Positions 36,718 through 48,096 of a stretch of 64,000 bases of DNA are shown here, piece by piece (the stretch's first letter is position 1; the number at the start of each line of letters is the position of its first letter). A program made the position numbers and the translations under genes. The notes under the pieces were generated by a model. The model saw only the letters and a list, made by a program, of their open reading frames with translations, did no database searches and was not told where the DNA came from. The DNA is taken from the NCBI GenBank assembly GCA_963921275.4, contig OZ001293.3:448001-512000 (forward strand), given 5' to 3'. The stretch comes from an uncultured Hormoscilla sp. (GTDB lineage Bacteria; Cyanobacteriota; Cyanobacteriia; Cyanobacteriales; Desertifilaceae).

Positions 36718-36873
36718 TGTCTTTGTGAATGGGTGAGATATTCTAGTTTAAGATCTACAAGATGTTTTGATGGGGGCGCGATCGCATGACTGCTATTTTA
36801 CCGGATCTCGTTCCTGTCTAACAACTGACTGACAGGCGAGACAAGTCCTACCCAACTGACAACTTACATTAGT

Positions 36874-37793
36874 GGTCGGGGTCGAGCTGGGAATCACTCC
36901 CCAACCCTCCAAGAGCGGAACCGGACTTGCGACTTTCACCGCTGGGGCTTGTCCTTAGACATATTGGGTTACCCCGTATTCCCCTTACCCTCTGTAATTT
37001 TACCCCTTATGGTCAATCCTATTGGACCGTTAATGATTTCAGCTCCGGAAGGTATGCGCTGCGCGCACGCTGCGCGATCGCGGAGGGTAGTTCAGCAAAC
37101 CATTCTAGCCGCTCTTCTCTAACATTTCCCCATTCTGGCAATTTATCGGGGCTCTGAACTTTACCCGGCTGAGACTCTAGTCCATATTCATACTTTTGGA
37201 TTTCTCCTAAGTTTTGCGACGTGTTAGGGCTACTTTCACCAAAGGCTTCTTACCATATCCGTCCTACGTCTGCATATCCCAGGCATTACCCCAGGCGTTG
37301 GCTTCTTAGAACATCCTTCCTCTTCGCGGCTTGCGCTTTACATCTAACTGGTCCAAATGGGGACAGCTCACGTGAGGTTACTTCGTTTCCTGGTATCATT
37401 TCTCGATGCTTGTAGGCCCCTGCTATACCCCGGGAGTTCTTTGGGTGCGATGCTGGCAATAGATGACTACCAACACTAACTACCATTTTCCCTTTTGGGC
37501 CAGCGTATAAGCCTTATTCCGCTGGTTCTATGTAACGAGGCTTTAACAGGTTCGCTTGTTCTAACCATGAGCATCTTTCCTAGCGGCGTCACTGGGTTAG
37601 GCTGCCAGCTATCCTACATTTAAGTCCTAGCGGAGCACCACGGCGATGTGACCCCGCAGCACTAAGGACCGGTAGTACCCTCGACCCCACACCTGGGGAG
37701 AGGGAATTTAACCCCCATGATAACCAGAGTTATCCGGCAAATAAAACCAGACCAGACTTCACCGTCGCCAGTTTACGCCTGAACGAATCGCAC
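36874..37793 (-). mobile_element. ORF-less group II intron, copy 2
   Basis: Near-identical to copies 1 and 3; upstream exon CTATGT matches EBS2. Confidence 0.92.
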
Positions 37794-39020
37794 CAACCAG
37801 ACATAGACGGTTGTCACGAATGACAAACTCTTTCGGTATTGGTAGTCCATGCAGACTGCGGCTACGCTGCTCACGTAGGCACCCGATGCATTCAGGATCG
37901 CGCGATCGCCAACCTCTAGTCTTGCCATCTTTTCGTTAAGACAAAAATAATCTATCTCATAACAGATACAACCTGCGAGGTCATGCAGTAACATCGGTCC
38001 TTCTCTCAACGGGATCTGAGCAACTGCTGGACGCGGTGCCCAGAACATCAAGTTCCAAGCAGAGGTATCCAAAACAACAAGGCGATTCCCAGAAGGACGA
38101 TCGTCTGCTGCTTTGACTTCTGCAACCAGGTAGCCCGCCATCATCGTTAATAGCATTCCCGGCTCAATCACCAGCCGTACTGGTTGCTGGCGCTGGTCAT
38201 TTATGCGGGTAAGGGTCTTACCTACTCGATCCCAAACCCCTTGTGCGATCGGTCTTTGCATATAGAAGAGGTAAGTCCAACCGCCGCCGAGATTGATCGC
38301 TTCAACTGAGGGAAAGATTTCCAAGTAAGATACTAGCACATCGAGGGTCTGATGTAGATCTGCTTTTGAAAATTTTTCACCTTCATGAAGGTGAAGATGG
38401 ACTACCTCAAGCCCATGAGTTTGTATGAGGTCCTATAGACTGGGATCTAAAGGATCCACTCCAAATCTGCTCAACCTGCTGACTACATTCGTCCCCTTGG
38501 CATCTTCGGCCAAAGGAAGGCGAAGTCGAAGCCCGACTCTTTTGTTTCCGTTGTTTCCGTCAAGGCATTCGCACCAGAGACGCAACTGAGAGAGACTGCA
38601 CAAATCTGAAATCACGCCCTCAGTTGCCAAGCGCTTCAGGTCGGCAACTGAGAAGCCTGGTGCTGTAGAGTAGATTGGCGACAGCCCTGCTACAATGGCA
38701 GCATCTAGCTCTTGTATCGTCGAAATGTCTGCTCCCAGCCCAAGTTTAGCCATATGACGCAACACAGATGGGCAGCGGTTTGCTTTGACCGCCAAACAAA
38801 GATCGACATTGGAAATTTGTCTGAGGTCGTTTCGTAAAGCCGTTACAGTGTTAGTGATGGCATCTAGGTCGTACACAAGTGCCGGGGTGGGAATATCCCC
38901 GGCAATCTCTAACACTGTCTCCGGAATAGGTAGATGAATGTTCGTCCAATTTCTAAATTCTGCTACATCATCTCGCCACCAATCTTTGATTTCTTGGTTG
39001 CTATTGTCTTTGGCGCTCAT
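37794..39020 (-). pseudogene. PLP-dependent fold-III decarboxylase (LysA-like), with in-frame TAG and frameshift
   Basis: TPALVYD, AVKAN, SRFGV, INLGGG, IEPG, GCICYEID, GAY. Confidence 0.8.
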
Positions 39021-39063
39021 GCTACTATAAAAATGAATTTTCGTGATTTGTTTCTCGTTGCTG

Positions 39064-39812
39064 TCAGATAGATACCTTCTGGTAAACCATATATAGATCG
39101 TCGGGAGTTACCTCTTTCAACTTCAACCCTGCCCCCTTCATCGTCTCTTCTAGAAGTTGGCCGTGCAGCATTAAGAATTTATGGCGATCGCGAGCCAATA
39201 TCTCACCTTCTTTTTCGAAACGATAGTCAGTTTCCCAAAAGTACATTTCTTGATTCTCTAGGAAAGTGAGATGCTTTTGCTGAGCGTAAACCATGCCGTT
39301 ACCAATCTCTTGCTCGCCATCGGCATCGATTTCCTCTGCTTGAATGTTAATTACAAACAAGCCACCGTCAACTAAATGGCGGGCAATATTCTCGAACATT
39401 GTAACGCTGTCGGAAAAATTGGGCAGAAAACTGTATAAGTGGTAATCATTCCCAACCCGACATACACCTGCCGGGCCCCCATGGGAATAGATCCCATCAA
39501 AAGATTCTTGCAGGTCCATTGATAAGACATTACCTTCTACTAGCTTTGCCCGATTTCCCAAACGAGCTTTACCCGGTCTAACATAGCAGGAGTAAAATCT
39601 ATTCCAGTTATCTCATACTCGGGATCTAGTTCCAGCAGTTTTTCTACAACCAATCCCGTTCCTACCCCGATTTCGAGAAGTTTTTCCCGACCTTTGAGGA
39701 TAGAGTCGAGGGACTGAGCTGCTTTCGGATAGTCGTAATACACGCTCTCCACAGTGGTCTCATAATACTCGGCAATTTCATCGTATTTATTCATGGTCCT
39801 AGCTCTCCTCAA
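39064..39812 (-). pseudogene. Class I SAM-dependent methyltransferase, frameshifted
   Basis: LEIGVGTG, GIDF, HLVDGGLFVI across two frames. Confidence 0.75.
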
Positions 39813-39828
39813 GCAATTTTTTTTGACA

Positions 39829-40302
39829 TCAATGTTCTTTCGCCAAGCGCTGCTCTCTATGCTGCGCGAGTTGGTATTTTGTCAATATATCTAAGGGCAA
39901 GTAAGCCGCCCCTCTAATTTTACCCAGGCAATCTTTGCTTTGACAAAGACAATCAAATTCTCTATCCATCGACCATTCCGTCGATGGATAGAAGAAAGTC
40001 AGTTCCTCGCCAATTTCAATTTTACTCAAGGCCCTCAACGAGAGATCGCTCATATCAAAAAATACATTGGGAGCGCAGCTATGATTGATATACTGCAAAA
40101 AATCCGGGTCGAGCATAATATGTTGGAGATCGCCAATTTGGACGGTTAAATAATTGGGGCAATATAGGATATTTTTTGCGCCAAATTTACATATAACCTG
40201 TCCGGGCATAAACTCGACGGTGGCTTGCAGGGATTTGCTCCCAGTTGTAGGGCACTCCCGGATCTCGGCCCATGATGCAACTTTTATAGTTTTTTCCGCC
40301 AT
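39829..40302 (-). CDS. SET-domain protein
   Basis: YINHSCAPN, GEELTFFY, post-SET CLCQSKDC. Confidence 0.88.
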   Translation of the reverse strand: MAEKTIKVASWAEIRECPTTGSKSLQATVEFMPGQVICKFGAKNILYCPNYLTVQIGDLQHIMLDPDFLQYINHSCAPNVFFDMSDLSLRALSKIEIGEELTFFYPSTEWSMDREFDCLCQSKDCLGKIRGAAYLPLDILTKYQLAQHREQRLAKEH

Positions 40303-40493
40303 CTAGCTTTTCTCCAAGTCATCCTCTAATAGCGCTATAAAATAAAGGCACTTTTTCAGCTTACCGCATGTGACCGCAACCCGTTGCAGGCACTCTACCA
40401 CTATAAGGGGCAATCGCGCTCCTGTCAACATTACTGGACAAGTAATGAAGATCGATGGCAGTATGGTCGTAAGTCCTTTCAGGGTTGTCCCCC

Positions 40494-41424
40494 ATGAAAC
40501 CTCCCGTTTGGAAAATTACCCTTGTCTTGGCGATCGCCGTTTTGGCGATTTCCACTTCCGCTATTTTCAGCCGCTTGGCTTTTGAGGCTGCGGGCACCCG
40601 GGCCCTAGGGTTTAGCCTGGTACTGGCAGCCTCCCGCTTAACCCTGGCGGCCCTAATTTTGCTGCCCACTTGGGGTAAAGTCCGACTGAGCCAGCAATCT
40701 GCCCGGGCGATAGGGTTAGCTGTTGCCGCTGGCCTGTTTCTGGCCGTACATTTTCCCGCCTGGATTACCTCCCTGGGTTATACTTCCATTGCTGCTTCCA
40801 CGACTCTGGTGACTACTAATCCAATTTGGGTTTCTCTTCTTTCTTGGGTTTGTTTTCGGGAAAAAATTACCTCGACAAGTGCTACTGGAATTGCGATCGC
40901 CATTGCTGGGGGCATCCTGATTGGCTTTGGGGATGCTGGCAGCGGCGACCCGGGAAGCAATCCGATCTTGGGGGACTTTCTGGCTTTAATAGGGGCTTGG
41001 GCAATTAGCTTTTACTTGCTTCTCGGTCGGGAGGCCCAGCGTCAAGGGATAAGTCTGGGCGGCTATATGGCAGTTGCCTACAGTACTGCCGCTTTAGTTC
41101 TATTGCCAATGCCGTTCTTATTCGGCGGCACCTACGCGGGCCATTCTCCCCCAGTTTATTTCTATATTCTATTGATGGCGATTTTGCCCCAGTTGGTCGG
41201 CCACTCTGGATTGAACTGGGCTGTTCTCTGGATGTCCCCCACCTTGGTTACCCTCTCTATCCTCTTTGAACCCCTTGGCGCTAGTTTCGGAGGCTACCTA
41301 CCTCATCTTTGGCGAGGTTCCTACTATACAGGTATTTGCTGGTGCTGTTCTCTTGCTCGCAGGGGTGGCAGTTGTGGCGATCGGCCATGGAACTGGGAAA
41401 CCAAGGCACAAAAAAGAACTTTAG
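40494..41424 (+). pseudogene. DMT/EamA transporter, frameshifted by a 4-nt duplication at ~41295
   Basis: 10-TM EamA pattern; GGCTACCTACCTC duplication; shifted frame resumes YLIFGEVP. Confidence 0.75.
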
Positions 41425-41539
41425 GGGCGGTGACGGCGTAGTGACGAAGCTGGGGATAATCTCATTGTCTCGGTGAATGCAAATGAGCGAGATATTCTAG
41501 TTTAGGATCTACAAGACGTTTTCATAAAGGCGCGATCGC

Positions 41540-42439
41540 ATGACTGTTATTTTACCTGCTCTCGTTCCTATCGGCTTTATCATTATCATTGGTTTCATCG
41601 CTGCTCGCACCTTGACCCTAGAGAAGCAAACCCTTTCTCAACTAGCCATCTACATCCTCTCACCAGCTTTAATTGTCTCCAACTTGTACAATACAACCTT
41701 GTCTGCCGAAAGCACCGCCCTTTTGATTGCTGGATTTGCAATTACCTCTTGGCTAGTTTACCTGACGAGTCAGGGATTGGGCAAACTCTGCAAATTATCG
41801 CCACCAGTCCAAAAAAGCCTGATTGCTAGCACTGTGTTTCCCAATACCGGAAATTTCGGTCTTCCTTTCATTACCTTTGCTTTAGGAGAAGCTGGACTGG
41901 AAAGAGCTATTGTCTGCCTGATAGCAGCCGCTATCATATTATTTTCCGCAGGTCCAGCCTTGATCGAGGGAGGTGGTTTTCTTGCAGGGGTGCGCTTAAC
42001 ACTCAAGCTGCCTCTAGTTTGGGCAATGCTGACCGGATTAATTCTACGACTTTTCGCTATCGAACTCCCCTGGCAGATGGATAAAGGTGTGGAAATGCTA
42101 GGATATGCATCTATCCCCATTGCCTTGGTGATTCTGGGCATGCAATTAGCTAGCACTCGCTTTGCTCTGGGCATTTATGAAGCGAGTGCTGCTGCCCTGC
42201 GCTTGTTAGTATCGCCTTTAATTGCCTATCTCGTCGGTCGCTATTTGCTGCACATGGATGGGTTAGATGTGCAAGTCTTGGTGTTGGATTTGGCCATGCC
42301 TACGGCAGTGAATACGGTCGTGTTAGTTACCGAGTTTGGGGGAGATGCTCCCCGTGCCGCCCGCACTGTTGTTGTTTCTACGCTGATGAGTTTTTTCACT
42401 CTCCCTTTCGTTCTGTGGGCATCGACAAACTTCGGGTAA
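41540..42439 (+). CDS. AEC (auxin efflux carrier) family transporter
   Basis: PNTGNFGLP, SIPIALVILG, AMPTAVN. Confidence 0.9.
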   Translation: MTVILPALVPIGFIIIIGFIAARTLTLEKQTLSQLAIYILSPALIVSNLYNTTLSAESTALLIAGFAITSWLVYLTSQGLGKLCKLSPPVQKSLIASTVFPNTGNFGLPFITFALGEAGLERAIVCLIAAAIILFSAGPALIEGGGFLAGVRLTLKLPLVWAMLTGLILRLFAIELPWQMDKGVEMLGYASIPIALVILGMQLASTRFALGIYEASAAALRLLVSPLIAYLVGRYLLHMDGLDVQVLVLDLAMPTAVNTVVLVTEFGGDAPRAARTVVVSTLMSFFTLPFVLWASTNFG

Positions 42440-42487
42440 TTGCTTTTACGCAGTGCGCGTAGCGCTATGGTTAATGGTTAATTGCCA

Positions 42488-43087
42488 TTAACCTTTTCGG
42501 ATCGCCTGTAGGAATTCGTTCACCGCCTTGTATTGGTCGGGATGTCCGAGATACCGTTGCAACAGAGATAAATCTAAATCTGGCAGCAAGGTACTGCGAT
42601 CGACTTCTTCATACTCGCCCTCTCTCAAACAAAAGACCCTGAGTTGGTCTGATTTCCAGAACCAGATTTCAGGTACTTGCTTCGGTTTATATAACTCCTG
42701 TTTATCAATTGTACCACTCGTGAGTATGACTTCAATGACGATATCTGGAACTTGCTTGCGACTGCCAAAACTGTAAGCATCATCTGGTCTCCCAGATGCA
42801 TACCCAGGTTCGGAAATGGTAAAGCCCCCGAGAGCATAAAACTGAATGCCTTTCTCTCTCATGTATGCTTCTATCAGCAGGTTCAGAGTCCTTTTAATGT
42901 ACTCGTGTTCTGGGCCAATTGGTGACATGATTTCCAGCACTCCTCCTAAATATGTCAGTCTGACATTTCGGTTGTTCTCCAACTGTGCTGCTATTCCTTG
43001 GAACTGCTCCCAAGTGATGCCATTTAATGTGAGAATCTTTGACTCTACTGGCTGAATAGCTAGTTTTTATAACAAGTTTGTGGTCAT
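42488..43087 (-). pseudogene. Uma2-family endonuclease with early stop (codon 7)
   Basis: LEIMSP, PDIVIEV; ATG 43087 followed by in-frame TAA. Confidence 0.7.
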
Positions 43088-43178
43088 TTTTTACCTTCCT
43101 TTTTAATCATTGTGGCTTTGGCTTCAACAACTAAAAGTAGTTGCCTAAGTTATAGCATTTATTTCATCCGCTCGACAA

Positions 43179-44543
43179 CTATTTGCTTTCATCTTCTCTC
43201 TGCAACCGCCAACCCGGTTTCACTACTTGACGCGATCGGGCAATAACTAAGGCATCATCCCCCACATCTTCTGTCACTACCGAACCCGCTGCTACCGTCA
43301 CGTCTTTCCCCAAGGTCACGGGCGCAACCAACACGCTATTGGAACCGGTTTTAGAGCGATCGCCTATTGCAGTCCGATGCTTTTTCACCCCATCGTAGTT
43401 AGCAGTAATCGTGCCAGCACCGATATTAACTCTTTCCCCTAACTCTGCATCCCCTAGATAAGCAAGGTGGGCCACATTGGTGCGATCGCCCACCAAAGTA
43501 TTCTTGATCTCGACAAAATTCCCCAGACGACAGGACTCTCCCACCTCCACGTGACCCCGCAGATGAGTATAAGGGCCAACACGAGTCCCCGCCTTGACCA
43601 CGCTATCAGTCACCACCGAGTACAGCACCGTGACATTTTCACCAATCTGACTATTCTCGATCGAGCTACCCGGTCCAATGCGACTCCCCGACTGAATCAC
43701 TGTATCGCCGCGCAGATGGGTTTGCGGTTCAATAATCACATCTGACCCGATGCGCACAGTATCATCAATGGTAATGCTATCGGGGTTAACCAGGGTCACG
43801 CCCTGGGCCATCCACAGATCCTTCACCCGGTCTTGCAAAATATCATAGGCTGTCGCCAACTGCTTGCGGTCATTGATGCCGAAAATCTCTTGATAATTTT
43901 CCACATCCATTGCCATCACTGGACGCATCAAGCTACAAGCATCCGTCAGATAATACTCCTGCTGGTCATTTTCCGACTGTAGCTGAGGTAGCACCCGTGC
44001 CAGCTGTTGCCAGTTGAAACAGTAGACCCCAGCATTAACCCGGCGATTTTGCCGCTGGGCCGCCGTGCAATCTCGGTCTTCAACAATTTGTTGCAGAAAA
44101 TTGTCCTGGTCGCAAAACACCCGACCGTATCCTTTCGGATTAGGAATCTGGGCAGTTAGAATAGTGGCTGCATTCTGACGTGCCTTATGGGTTGCCATCA
44201 GCTGCTGAATCGTTTCCGGTCGCAATAAAGGCACGTCCCCGTTCAGAACCACCAGATCGCCGGTGAAGTCCTGTAGGTGGGGTAATAATTGCTGAATGGC
44301 ATGACCAGTCCCCAACTGCTGAGTCTGTTCGACAAACTCCAGGTCGGGATAGTCAGAAAGGGACTGTTTCACCCAATCTCCCCGATAACCGACGAGCACC
44401 AGACGGCGCTGGACCGACAGCAAACGACTGCTGTCCAGTACCCGGGCAATGAGGGTACGGCCCGCCAGGGAATGTAAAACCTTCGGCAGTTGGGACTTCA
44501 TGCGCGTCCCCCGTCCAGCCGCTAGAATTGCTACTGCTACCAT
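43179..44543 (-). CDS. glmU: Bifunctional UDP-GlcNAc pyrophosphorylase/acetyltransferase
   Basis: [29 protein letters not shown]. Confidence 0.97.
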   Translation of the reverse strand: MVAVAILAAGRGTRMKSQLPKVLHSLAGRTLIARVLDSSRLLSVQRRLVLVGYRGDWVKQSLSDYPDLEFVEQTQQLGTGHAIQQLLPHLQDFTGDLVVLNGDVPLLRPETIQQLMATHKARQNAATILTAQIPNPKGYGRVFCDQDNFLQQIVEDRDCTAAQRQNRRVNAGVYCFNWQQLARVLPQLQSENDQQEYYLTDACSLMRPVMAMDVENYQEIFGINDRKQLATAYDILQDRVKDLWMAQGVTLVNPDSITIDDTVRIGSDVIIEPQTHLRGDTVIQSGSRIGPGSSIENSQIGENVTVLYSVVTDSVVKAGTRVGPYTHLRGHVEVGESCRLGNFVEIKNTLVGDRTNVAHLAYLGDAELGERVNIGAGTITANYDGVKKHRTAIGDRSKTGSNSVLVAPVTLGKDVTVAAGSVVTEDVGDDALVIARSRQVVKPGWRLQREDESK

Positions 44544-44737
44544 TGCTGCTCCACCAGTCACCGACTATATTGCTTCTCTATACAAGCATGCCTGCTTTTC
44601 CAGTGTCTCCTGGGAGCGCCTTGAGCACAAAAGAGGAGACACTGGACCGCAGTTGACTGTAGCGACCGCCAGCGCAAATGTCAAGTTATTTAAACTTTTC
44701 TCTCCTAATGGGATGGACCGATCGCAGGCTGCGGTAA

Positions 44738-45046
<309 letters not shown>

Positions 45047-45070
45047 AATCCAGCGCACTGACATCGGTTG

Positions 45071-45094
45071 GGGGAGCGAATGCTCCCCTGTTTT
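45071..45094 (+). terminator. Intrinsic terminator after psaC
   Basis: GGGGAGC-GAAT-GCTCCCC followed by TGTTTT. Confidence 0.65.
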
Positions 45095-45276
45095 GTGCGA
45101 GAGCATCTCAATGCAAGAATAGCGCTCGGTCGCCCGTGTTGCGAAGAACGAAGCAATCCGCACTGCGTATAAAGAAACCCTGTTTTTACCCAAAACAGGG
45201 TTTCTGGGCTAGTGTATGTTTGGATAATTTAGGAGAGGAACTTGAAAAGACTCCCTTGTACGAGTTATCGATCGCT

Positions 45277-45412
45277 TTTTTGCCATATATCCAAGCTTTT
45301 TAGTCATATCTTCCAGCGTTTTTGTCACGTATAAGAGCATTTTTGCCATATTTGCCAGACTTTTGACCATATATCCAAGCATATTTGCCATATTTGCCAT
45401 ATTTGTGACCAT
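45277..45412. repeat. Degenerate 21-nt tandem array (~6 units, TTTTGCCATATATCCAAGCAT-like)
   Basis: Period-21 recurrence of TTT.(G/A)CCATAT. Confidence 0.75.
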
Positions 45413-45726
45413 GTCTGCCTTCGGTCCAGTTGCGGTAGGGTGGGCACCGCCTAGAGCAGGGATAGGTTTTTTACATTTTGGTTTGTTTGAGGGGGTGAAG
45501 GGGTAAGGGAGTGAGAGGGTGAAGGGGATTTTCTGGTAAATATACGTAAGAGTTGTATGGCTGTTTGTGATAAGTGACTGCTCCTACTTTCTCACAAATC
45601 ACGTATTTGCGAGTTCCAGAGCCACTTGTGTCAGGCAGCCAGGGTAATGAGTTGATTCACTCGCCAACTTTTCCGACCCTTAACCTGACAGCTGCTCAAA
45701 TTTTGGCGGCAAAACTGTAACAAAAC

Positions 45727-46647
45727 ATGTATCGGCGAGAGGATTATGTTAGTAAGAAAACTGTGGAGGCGATGAAGATAATGTGGAGATTTAAGTCCAA
45801 AGCGGCTATGAGTTGGCGGTGTGCCCGGGGTAGTGCGAGTAGCGCTCCCCGGGTACACCGGACTGTCGGGATGCTTTGTTTGTGTGTTTTGCTAGTCGGG
45901 TGTGGTACCGAAAATCAGTCGGAGGTGGCCAAAACTAAACAGGTGCGATTAACCATATCGGTTGCTGCTAGTCTCACGGATGCGATGAAAGCGATCGCGC
46001 CCCTGTACCAGCAGCACAACCAGGCGGTTAATATCGACTATAACTTCGCCAGTTCTGGCAGTCTCCAGCGGCAAATTGAACAGGGGGCACCGGTTGATGT
46101 TTTTATCTCTGCTGCTGCCAAGCAAATGGATGCCTTGCAAGCAAAAGGACTTCTACTTGCAGATACTCGCAAAAATATCCTGCGCAACTCTATTGTGTTG
46201 ATCGTACCGAAAACTTCTGCGGCTATTTCTGACTTCCAAGATTTAACCAGCAGCAGGGTGCAGAAAATGTCGATCGGGAAACCGGAAAGCGTCCCCGCTG
46301 GCAGATATGCGCGGGAAGTCCTGAACTCGTTGGAAATGTACGATCGCGCTAAGGGTAAAATTGTTTTTGCCAAAGATGTCCGTCAGGTGCTAGCATATGT
46401 GGAAACGGGAAATGTGGATGGGGGGATAGTCTACCAAACAGATGCGAAAATCTCAGATCGAGTCAAAATTGTGGCGATCGCCCCGGAAAACTCTCATGCA
46501 CCAGTACTCTATCCGGTAGCGGTAATTAAAGACAGTAAAAATGCCGATAATGCTAAGAAATTCGTCCAATTTTTGTCGAGCGATGCAGCGGGGAAGGTGT
46601 TTGCAGAATATGGGTTTACTCGCGTCCAAGAGGTGAAGAGTGAATGA
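45727..46647 (+). CDS. modA: Molybdate ABC transporter substrate-binding lipoprotein (start uncertain)
   Basis: LVGC lipobox, AASL, FASSGSLQRQIEQGAP, PESVPAGRYA, DVRQVL. Confidence 0.92.
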   Translation: MYRREDYVSKKTVEAMKIMWRFKSKAAMSWRCARGSASSAPRVHRTVGMLCLCVLLVGCGTENQSEVAKTKQVRLTISVAASLTDAMKAIAPLYQQHNQAVNIDYNFASSGSLQRQIEQGAPVDVFISAAAKQMDALQAKGLLLADTRKNILRNSIVLIVPKTSAAISDFQDLTSSRVQKMSIGKPESVPAGRYAREVLNSLEMYDRAKGKIVFAKDVRQVLAYVETGNVDGGIVYQTDAKISDRVKIVAIAPENSHAPVLYPVAVIKDSKNADNAKKFVQFLSSDAAGKVFAEYGFTRVQEVKSE

Positions 46648-47487
46648 GCAATAATAGTAATACAGAAAAGATATATTTTGCTGCTGTAGGAGACGTTCAC
46701 GGTCACTTCTACACCATGCTCAACTTGCTGAACAGTTGGGAAACTGAGCATTGCCAATCTCTGGCCTTCGTGCTGCAAGTAGGAGACTTCGAGCCCCACC
46801 GTCACCTAGCTGATATGATGACAATGGATGCTCCCAACAAATACAAGAAAGTCGGTGAGTTTCCCAGTTTTTGGACGGGAAGCGCTACATTTACCCGTCC
46901 AATTTGGTTCATTGGTGGCAATCACGAACCCTACGGCTTTCTGGATCTTACTCCTGGGGGAGCAGAGATCGTATTGTCATTATCTCGGCAGAGTTGGTAG
47001 GGTGGAATTGGCGGGATTTAAGGTGGTTGGAGTTTCGGGCATTTATAAAGAAGAGTTGTTTGGCCAACCTCGTCCTCCCGTCACAGAAATTGACAATCGT
47101 TCCAATTCTGACTATATTGGTTTTATTGCCGCAGACATCGATCGGGTTCTATCCTATGGCAAAACCGATATTCTGCTGCTGCACGAGTGGCCTGCGGATG
47201 CGATCGGGCCAGAAGATCGAGAAAAGTTTGACCCTAGTTGGTACGGAGGGGGCAACGAATATGCTAGAATACTAGTAGAAGAATTACAGCCAAAATTAGT
47301 GCTGTGCGGACATGGGCACAAACGCTATCGTCGCTCAGTTTTTGGAAGCCAAGAAAAACCGAGTTACCTCTGCTGCTTAGGTAAAATAACCCAGGGTAAA
47401 GATGCGATCGCCGTTTTTCAGGCGACACCAGATGGAGAAATCATAGAAGTAACTGATACCAGTTTGCAAAAACAATGCTACAATTAG
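46644..47487 (+). pseudogene. Metallophosphoesterase, Dbr1-like, frameshifted at ~46970
   Basis: GDVHG, GDF, FIGGNHE, HEWP, CGHGH. Confidence 0.8.
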
Positions 47488-47694
47488 TTTAATTTTTTTG
47501 TTGCACAACTAAGGTCTAATAGGGGTTATTAATTGTTGATTGTTGACGGTTAATTGAAATCGTCATAAATTTTCAGATATAGATGTATGAACTATTTTAT
47601 ATCATTTGCGAGTATCATCCCTGTGCAACAATTTTATATTATTAGTCGGTTAAAACCTTCCTTTAGCTATGACGCAGGGGTTTGAACCCTCCCT

Positions 47695-47922
47695 CAATAC
47701 CTCTCGGTTAAGGATATAGGTTGTCATTGCGAGGGGGGGGTACCGTGGCGATATGCTTATGCTCAAGCGAGTTAACCCCCCCATCCCCGTCGCCCCCTAT
47801 GAGATGAAGATCGCTGCGGCCTAGTTGGTGAGATTGCTTCGGGGGGATCCAAGCTTGGATCCCTAAAATGTTTGTTTTGGTTCCTCCCTCGCTCCGGACA
47901 GATTGTTAACCGAGAAGTATTG
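47695..47922. mobile_element. 228-bp MITE with 17-bp TIR and 11-bp TSD
   Basis: CAATACCTCTCGGTTAA / TTAACCGAGAAGTATTG (16/17); GAACCCTCCCT on both sides. Confidence 0.9.
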
Positions 47923-48096
47923 GAACCCTCCCTGTCTCCTGAGGAGACAGGGAAGGCGGGCTAACAGCGAAGTGAAAGAATTAGTTTTTTGACGGTAGAA
48001 TATATGAGATAATTAAGAAAAAATTAAATTATCCGGAAGGCAGTCAAAAAACATTGTTAAGAACGATAGGAATAGCCGAGTAGGAGTTAAAGTAAA

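Noticed and set aside
47500..48096. glmS ribozyme or tRNA (GGTTTGAACCC) upstream of glmS
   Set aside because: No recognisable ribozyme core or cloverleaf; explained by the MITE and hairpins.
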